From Verrucomicrobiia bacterium (GTDB taxonomy: Bacteria; Vulcanimicrobiota; Vulcanimicrobiia; Vulcanimicrobiales; Vulcanimicrobiaceae), in contig DATKGB010000185.1 of NCBI GenBank assembly GCA_035544315.1, positions 1 to 11,562 on the forward strand: DNA of 11,562 nucleotides, read 5' to 3'. The notes beneath the pieces were generated by a model. That model worked only from the letters and a program-made list of their open reading frames with translations. It did no database searches and was not told the DNA's origin. Position 1 is the first letter of the stretch. Each line of letters begins with the position of its first letter. Both the position numbers and the translations under genes were made by a program. Positions 6,521 through 11,562 of the stretch are shown piece after piece.

Positions 6521-7848
6521 ATGTGTCGCTCCAGCCGCGCAACGTAGAAACCGTCTCGTCCTTGCAGCCCGGGCGGCACCAGGACGTCGCCCTGGCGCGT
6601 CCCAAATGGCCCAAAGACCGCGGGAATCAGGCCGCGAGAGAAATCGTGCGTTCGAAGGAACGCGTCGACGACCTCCACGGATTCGCGCGGATCGGTCGAG
6701 CACACCGCATAGACCAGCACGCCGCCCGGATGTACGTGAGGCGCGACCGCCGCCAGCATTGCCGCTTGCGTCGCAGCCAATCGCGCGCCGTCATCCGCGC
6801 GTTTGCGCCAGCGAGCCTCGGGATGCCGCCCGACCACGCCGACGCCCGAGCACGGGGCGTCGACTAGGACCCGATCGAAGCGCTGCTGCGCCGGTACGAT
6901 CTCGCCGGTAGCATCGCCGACGACGATCGACGCCGCCGCACCCGCCGACGCCAGGCGCTCCTCCAACAGTTTTGCCTTGCGCGCGTCTTGCTCCAGGCAC
7001 CAGAGCGTACCCTCGCCTTTCATGCGCGCGGCGAGTTGCAGCGCCTTATTGCCGCGCCCGCTGGCGACGTCGAGGACCGTTTCGGTCGGCTGCGGGTTGA
7101 GGATTGCGACCGGCATGGCTGCCGATTCGCCTTGAAAGAACCAGGCGGCGTCGGCCGCGCGTTCGCGCGCACTGTGCGAGCCGCCGCCCACGATCAGACT
7201 CTCTTCGACGTACTCCGAGCGCCGGACGTCGCTCCCCGACGCGCGCAAACCGCTCTCGACCTCGTCGACCTCAGCGCGTAGCCGATTGACGGTGATCGCA
7301 CTGCGCGCCGGCAAGTTGACCGCAACGCAAATGGCTTCGAGCGAATCGGGAAAGGCCGCGCGCCATTGACGCACCAGCCACGTCGGCAGCGAACAGGCGA
7401 CGCTTAAGTATTCGTCGGCATCGTCGAAGTCTTCGGGCGCGGGCGGCAACGGACGATCCCGCAGGAACGAGCGCAGCACGGCGTTGACCAGCCCCGCGAC
7501 GCCTCTGTGTCCGTACTTTTTAGCAAGGTTGACATACTCGAAGACCGTCGCGTGTTCGTCGGCTTGCGTAAAGACGATCTCGTAGATGCCGAGCCGAACG
7601 ATCTCGGCGATCGTCGGCGGCAGCGGTTGGGGACGATCCCCGATAAAGGCACGCGCGTACCAGTCCAGCGTTCGGCGCATCTTGATCGATCCGTAGGCTA
7701 ACTCGGTTGCAAACGCGCGATCGCGCGGTTCGAGCGAGGCTTTGCGCAAACGATAGTCGAGCGCTTCTTGCGCACCACGTTCGGCGCTGGCTGCCTCGGC
7801 CGGAAAAACGTCGCGCACGACTTGCAACGCAACGTCGCGCGCGTTCAC
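6517..7848 (-). CDS. rsmB: 16S rRNA (cytosine967-C5)-methyltransferase RsmB/Sun: NusB-like N-terminal domain plus SAM-dependent methyltransferase domain, 443 aa
   Basis: N-terminal RDVALQVVRDVF...DRAFATELAYGSIKMRRTLDWY (NusB-like). Methyltransferase motifs LDVASGRGNKALQLA, DRVLVDAPCSGVGVVGRHPEARW and VYAVCS. GTG start at 7848-7846 overlaps the fmt stop (GTGA). TGA at 6519-6517. Confidence 0.9.
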   Translation of the reverse strand: MNARDVALQVVRDVFPAEAASAERGAQEALDYRLRKASLEPRDRAFATELAYGSIKMRRTLDWYARAFIGDRPQPLPPTIAEIVRLGIYEIVFTQADEHATVFEYVNLAKKYGHRGVAGLVNAVLRSFLRDRPLPPAPEDFDDADEYLSVACSLPTWLVRQWRAAFPDSLEAICVAVNLPARSAITVNRLRAEVDEVESGLRASGSDVRRSEYVEESLIVGGGSHSARERAADAAWFFQGESAAMPVAILNPQPTETVLDVASGRGNKALQLAARMKGEGTLWCLEQDARKAKLLEERLASAGAAASIVVGDATGEIVPAQQRFDRVLVDAPCSGVGVVGRHPEARWRKRADDGARLAATQAAMLAAVAPHVHPGGVLVYAVCSTDPRESVEVVDAFLRTHDFSRGLIPAVFGPFGTRQGDVLVPPGLQGRDGFYVARLERHM

Positions 7849-8765
7849 GTCGCGTTCCCGTTCCGCTCGCGCGATCGAACGTATTCCGCACCGCCGGCAG
7901 GGCCGCGATTGGGCGCGATCACTTCATCGATGGCCACAACGCCGCTTCCGGACTGCACCAACGCGACCCGATCGCGGACGCCCAAGAGCGTCCCGGGCGG
8001 CGCGGGGCTGACGATGTCGGTCGCAATTGCCGCCCGAACGACTTTCACCGATTCGCCCAGCAGGGTTGCGCGCGCGCACGGCTGCGGCGAATATGCGCGC
8101 ACGTGGTCGACGATTTGCTTGGCCGTCCAGGTCCAGGCGATTTCGAGATCGGCTTTGCCGATCGGTCGGGTGGCGCTGGATTCGCCCGCTTGCGGCGTTC
8201 GCGGCAACGAGCCTTGCCGTGCCAAGTCGAACGCATCGCCCAGCAAGCGCGCGCCGTGCTCGGCCAGCCGATCGTGCAAGGAACCGTAATCGTCGTCCGG
8301 AGCAATCGCGATGCGCTCTTGGAGCACCACGTCGCCGGTATCCATGCCGGCATCCATCAGCATGATCGAAACGCCCGTCGCCGCATCGCCGTTTCGCAAC
8401 GCCGTTTGAATCGGCGTCGCGCCTCGGTACTTTGGCAACAGCGACGGGTGAACGTTGAGCGCCCCTACCTTCGGAAAGTCGAGCAATTCTTGCGGAAGGA
8501 TCTTGCCGTACGACGCCAACGCGAACGCATCGAAGGCTTCTCCTGCAAGTTCGGACGCGAATGGTTTGAGACGTTGGGGTTCGTAGACGCGCAGTCCAAG
8601 TTCGAGCGCCGTAGCCTTAACCGGCGACGGAGTTAATTTCTGCCCGCGGCCGGCGGGTCGATCCGGTTGCGTAACGACCGCAACGACCTGCGTGCGTTCC
8701 GCTGCAACGCGCAAGCTGGGCACCGCGAAGGTGCTGGTGCCAAAAAAGAGCGTCCGCAAAAGCAT
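7845..8765 (-). CDS. fmt: Methionyl-tRNA formyltransferase (306 aa)
   Basis: The translation from the internal ATG at 8765-8763 (checked: cat at 8763-8765) reads MLLRTLFFGTSTFAVPSL...VVTQPDRPAGRGQKL...GALNVHPSLLPKYRGATPIQ, a classic Fmt. The track ORF start at 9188 is a 141-codon read-through into def. The ATG is 1 nt after the def stop (TAG-C-ATG). TGA at 7847-7845. Confidence 0.9.
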   Translation of the reverse strand: MLLRTLFFGTSTFAVPSLRVAAERTQVVAVVTQPDRPAGRGQKLTPSPVKATALELGLRVYEPQRLKPFASELAGEAFDAFALASYGKILPQELLDFPKVGALNVHPSLLPKYRGATPIQTALRNGDAATGVSIMLMDAGMDTGDVVLQERIAIAPDDDYGSLHDRLAEHGARLLGDAFDLARQGSLPRTPQAGESSATRPIGKADLEIAWTWTAKQIVDHVRAYSPQPCARATLLGESVKVVRAAIATDIVSPAPPGTLLGVRDRVALVQSGSGVVAIDEVIAPNRGPAGGAEYVRSRERNGNAT

Positions 8766-8766
8766 G

Positions 8767-9318
8767 CTACGTTGCCGAGGCGGCTTCCTCGACGGAGCGC
8801 TCGCGCTCTTCTCGTGCGGCATCTTCGGCTTCTTCTTCGGCCAGCGTTCGAAGGTTGCGAACTTTGTCCACATACAGCACGCCGTTGAGATGGTCGATCT
8901 CGTGCTGAATGCAGTGTGCGAACAATCCGTCGCCTTCCAAGCGAATCTTCTCGCCGAAACGATCCAGTCCGCTGATGGCGATGTGCGTGAAACGTAATGA
9001 TTCGCCAACGTATCCAGGAACCGACAGACAACCATCGCGGCGCCATTCCTCGCCTTGCGTGAGTTCCAGCTTGGGATTGACCACGACGAACGGGCCGTGC
9101 GTTTCGTCGTCATCGTGCAAATCGATCGTGAAGATCCGTTTGGAAACGTTGACCTGTGGCGCGGCCAGACCGATGCCCGGCGCGTCATACATCGTCTCGA
9201 ACATATCGTCGATCAATTGCTGAATCAGCGGATCGCGCAGTTCCTCAAGATGCACCTTCTTGGCGATCTTTCGCAACGTCGCATGACCATCGGCAATAAT
9301 CTCGCGCACATAAGGCAT
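8767..9318 (-). CDS. def: Peptide deformylase (about 183 aa; start uncertain between ATG 9318 and ATG 9360)
   Basis: Motifs GIGLAAPQV, DGCLSVPGY (EGCLS-type) and QHEIDHLNG are present. The N-terminal MPYVREIIADGHATLRKIAKKV resembles the canonical Def N-terminus, so ATG at 9318 is preferred. ATG at 9360 (MAGSNLATVEAWRP...) would add 14 residues. The track start at 9549 runs into the inverted-repeat element and is rejected. TAG at 8769-8767. Confidence 0.85.
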   Translation of the reverse strand: MPYVREIIADGHATLRKIAKKVHLEELRDPLIQQLIDDMFETMYDAPGIGLAAPQVNVSKRIFTIDLHDDDETHGPFVVVNPKLELTQGEEWRRDGCLSVPGYVGESLRFTHIAISGLDRFGEKIRLEGDGLFAHCIQHEIDHLNGVLYVDKVRNLRTLAEEEAEDAAREERERSVEEAASAT

Positions 9319-9395
9319 GGGCCGCCAGGCTTCGACGGTGGCGAGATTTGACCCCGCCATTCTTGTCGGCCTGAGCTTTGTCGAAGGGGCGGCCG

Positions 9396-9568
9396 CTCGC
9401 GAACCCCGCTGATCGTGGGGGTCGAATGTGGGACTTCCGATTTTTTTGAAAGCGCCCGGAGGGCGTATTCCTTTGGCCGTTTCAAAAAAACGGCGGAGTA
9501 GGAGCGGCCATGGATGGCCGCGACGAGCGTCCCCACATTCGACCCCCACGATCAGCGGGGTTCGCGAG
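9396..9568. repeat. 173-bp palindromic element: perfect 37-bp inverted repeats (9396-9432 and 9532-9568) flanking a 99-bp, comparatively AT-rich, hairpin-dense core; candidate MITE-like element or long structured regulatory/terminator region between hslU and def
   Basis: Arm CTCGCGAACCCCGCTGATCGTGGGGGTCGAATGTGGG equals the reverse complement of 9532-9568 with no mismatch. The core holds mirrored T7...A7 runs (9441-9451 versus 9480-9490) and hairpins gccgttt-caaaa-aaacggc (9476-9494), cgccc-gga-gggcg (9453-9465) and gcggccat-gg-atggccgc (9503-9520). Two track ORFs (9225..9536 - and 9428..9664 +) translate the identical peptide HSTPTISGVRE, because each reads one arm. Confidence 0.7.
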
Positions 9569-9587
9569 ATCGACGATTGCCGGGTAG

Positions 9588-11014
<1,427 letters not shown>

Positions 11015-11015
<1 letters not shown>

Positions 11016-11545
11016 TACTCCAAGGTCTCCACGACGATATCGGCGTTGGTATAGATGCAGATCTCGCTGGCGATCTCCAGCGATTTGCGGGCGATCGCTT
11101 CGGCTCCCAAATCGGTGTTGCGCATCAGCGCGGCCGCTGCGGCCTGGGCGTACGCGCCGCCCGAACCGATCGCGGCAATCGGTTCGTCGGGTTCGATCAC
11201 GTCGCCGGTTCCCGAAAGTACGAAGAGATGCTCGGGCGTACCGACGATCAGCAACGCCTCGAGACGGCGCAGCGCGCGGTCCTGTCGCCAATCCTTGGCC
11301 AATTCGACCGCGGCACGTGTGAGATCTTTGAACTCGTTGAACTTCTTCTCGAACTTCTCGAGCAGCGTGATGCCGTCGGCGGCCGAACCGGCAAAGCCGG
11401 CCAAGACCTTTCCGGCGGCCAAGCGCCGCACTTTGCGCGCGCCATGCTTCATCACGATCTTATCCAGGGTAACCTGCCCATCGCCGGCGATTGCCAGCAT
11501 CCCGTTTCGACGGACGGCCAAAATGGTGGTCGAACGAATTTTCAT
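11015..11545 (-). CDS. hslV: ATP-dependent protease subunit HslV (ClpQ/CodW-like), 176 aa, with a short N-terminal extension (MKIRS) before the conserved Thr-Thr
   Basis: [42 protein letters not shown]...[17 protein letters not shown]...GSGGAYA are canonical HslV motifs. ATG at 11545-11543, and there is no alternative in-frame start directly before the TT codons. TAA at 11017-11015. The whole gene lies inside the window. Confidence 0.9.
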
Positions 11546-11562
11546 CGAATCGTTGGCGCGGA

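Noticed and set aside
6521-6703. 5' extension of the FhaA-like ORF into rsmB
   Set aside because: It is Arg-rich alternative-frame sequence. A GTG at 6520 gives a DUF3662-like N-terminus and a GTGA overlap with the rsmB stop, matching the other junctions.
8766-9188. Long 5' extension of the fmt ORF (track start at 9188, 447 aa)
   Set aside because: The first 141 residues are Arg/Ser/Thr-rich read-through inside the def coding region. A canonical Fmt N-terminus (MLLRTLFFGTS) starts at the ATG at 8765, 1 nt after the def stop.
9319-9549. 5' extension of the def ORF across the inverted-repeat element
   Set aside because: It would place the repeat arm and homopolymer runs inside the coding sequence. 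The canonical Def N-terminus starts at the ATG at 9318 (or 9360).
11016-11291. Long 5' extension of the hslU ORF (track start at 11291, 567 aa)
   Set aside because: The extension lies inside hslV in another frame and is Arg-rich. The conserved HslU N-terminus begins at the ATG at 11015, which overlaps the hslV stop.

Overview
High-GC (~65-70%) bacterial chromosomal window, almost entirely coding, organised as two gene blocks. On the + strand (55-3002) there is a compact three-gene cassette: a short YtrA-like GntR regulator, a membrane SPFH/stomatin-family protein, and a secreted two-domain alpha/beta-hydrolase. The last two overlap by 8 nt, and a sigma70-like promoter plus a 9-bp-arm palindromic operator sit immediately upstream. 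On the - strand (11545 down to 2969) hslV-hslU are followed by a 173-bp element built from a perfect 37-bp inverted repeat. After that comes a long, tightly coupled polycistron: def-fmt-rsmB-fhaA-like-fhaB-like-PP2C-like-SEDS(RodA/FtsW)-cytochrome c lipoprotein, with four consecutive GTGA start/stop overlaps. No rRNA, tRNA, CRISPR or transposase genes were seen. Three things look most novel. First, the GntR-SPFH-serine hydrolase cassette resembles the SPFH/NfeD pairing but carries a different hydrolase partner. Second, the FHA-FHA-PP2C-SEDS wall-growth signalling module is fused to the def-fmt-rsmB translation operon, lacks any Ser/Thr kinase or PBP in the window, carries a PP2C with apparently degenerate metal-binding motifs, and has a c-type cytochrome lipoprotein as its last gene. 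Third, the structured 173-bp inverted-repeat element between hslU and def. Several long ORFs in the supplied track (for example the ORFs beginning at 9188, 9549, 11291, 6703 and 4900) are 5'-extended by alternative-frame read-through. I re-called starts from conserved N-termini and start/stop coupling checked directly in the sequence.
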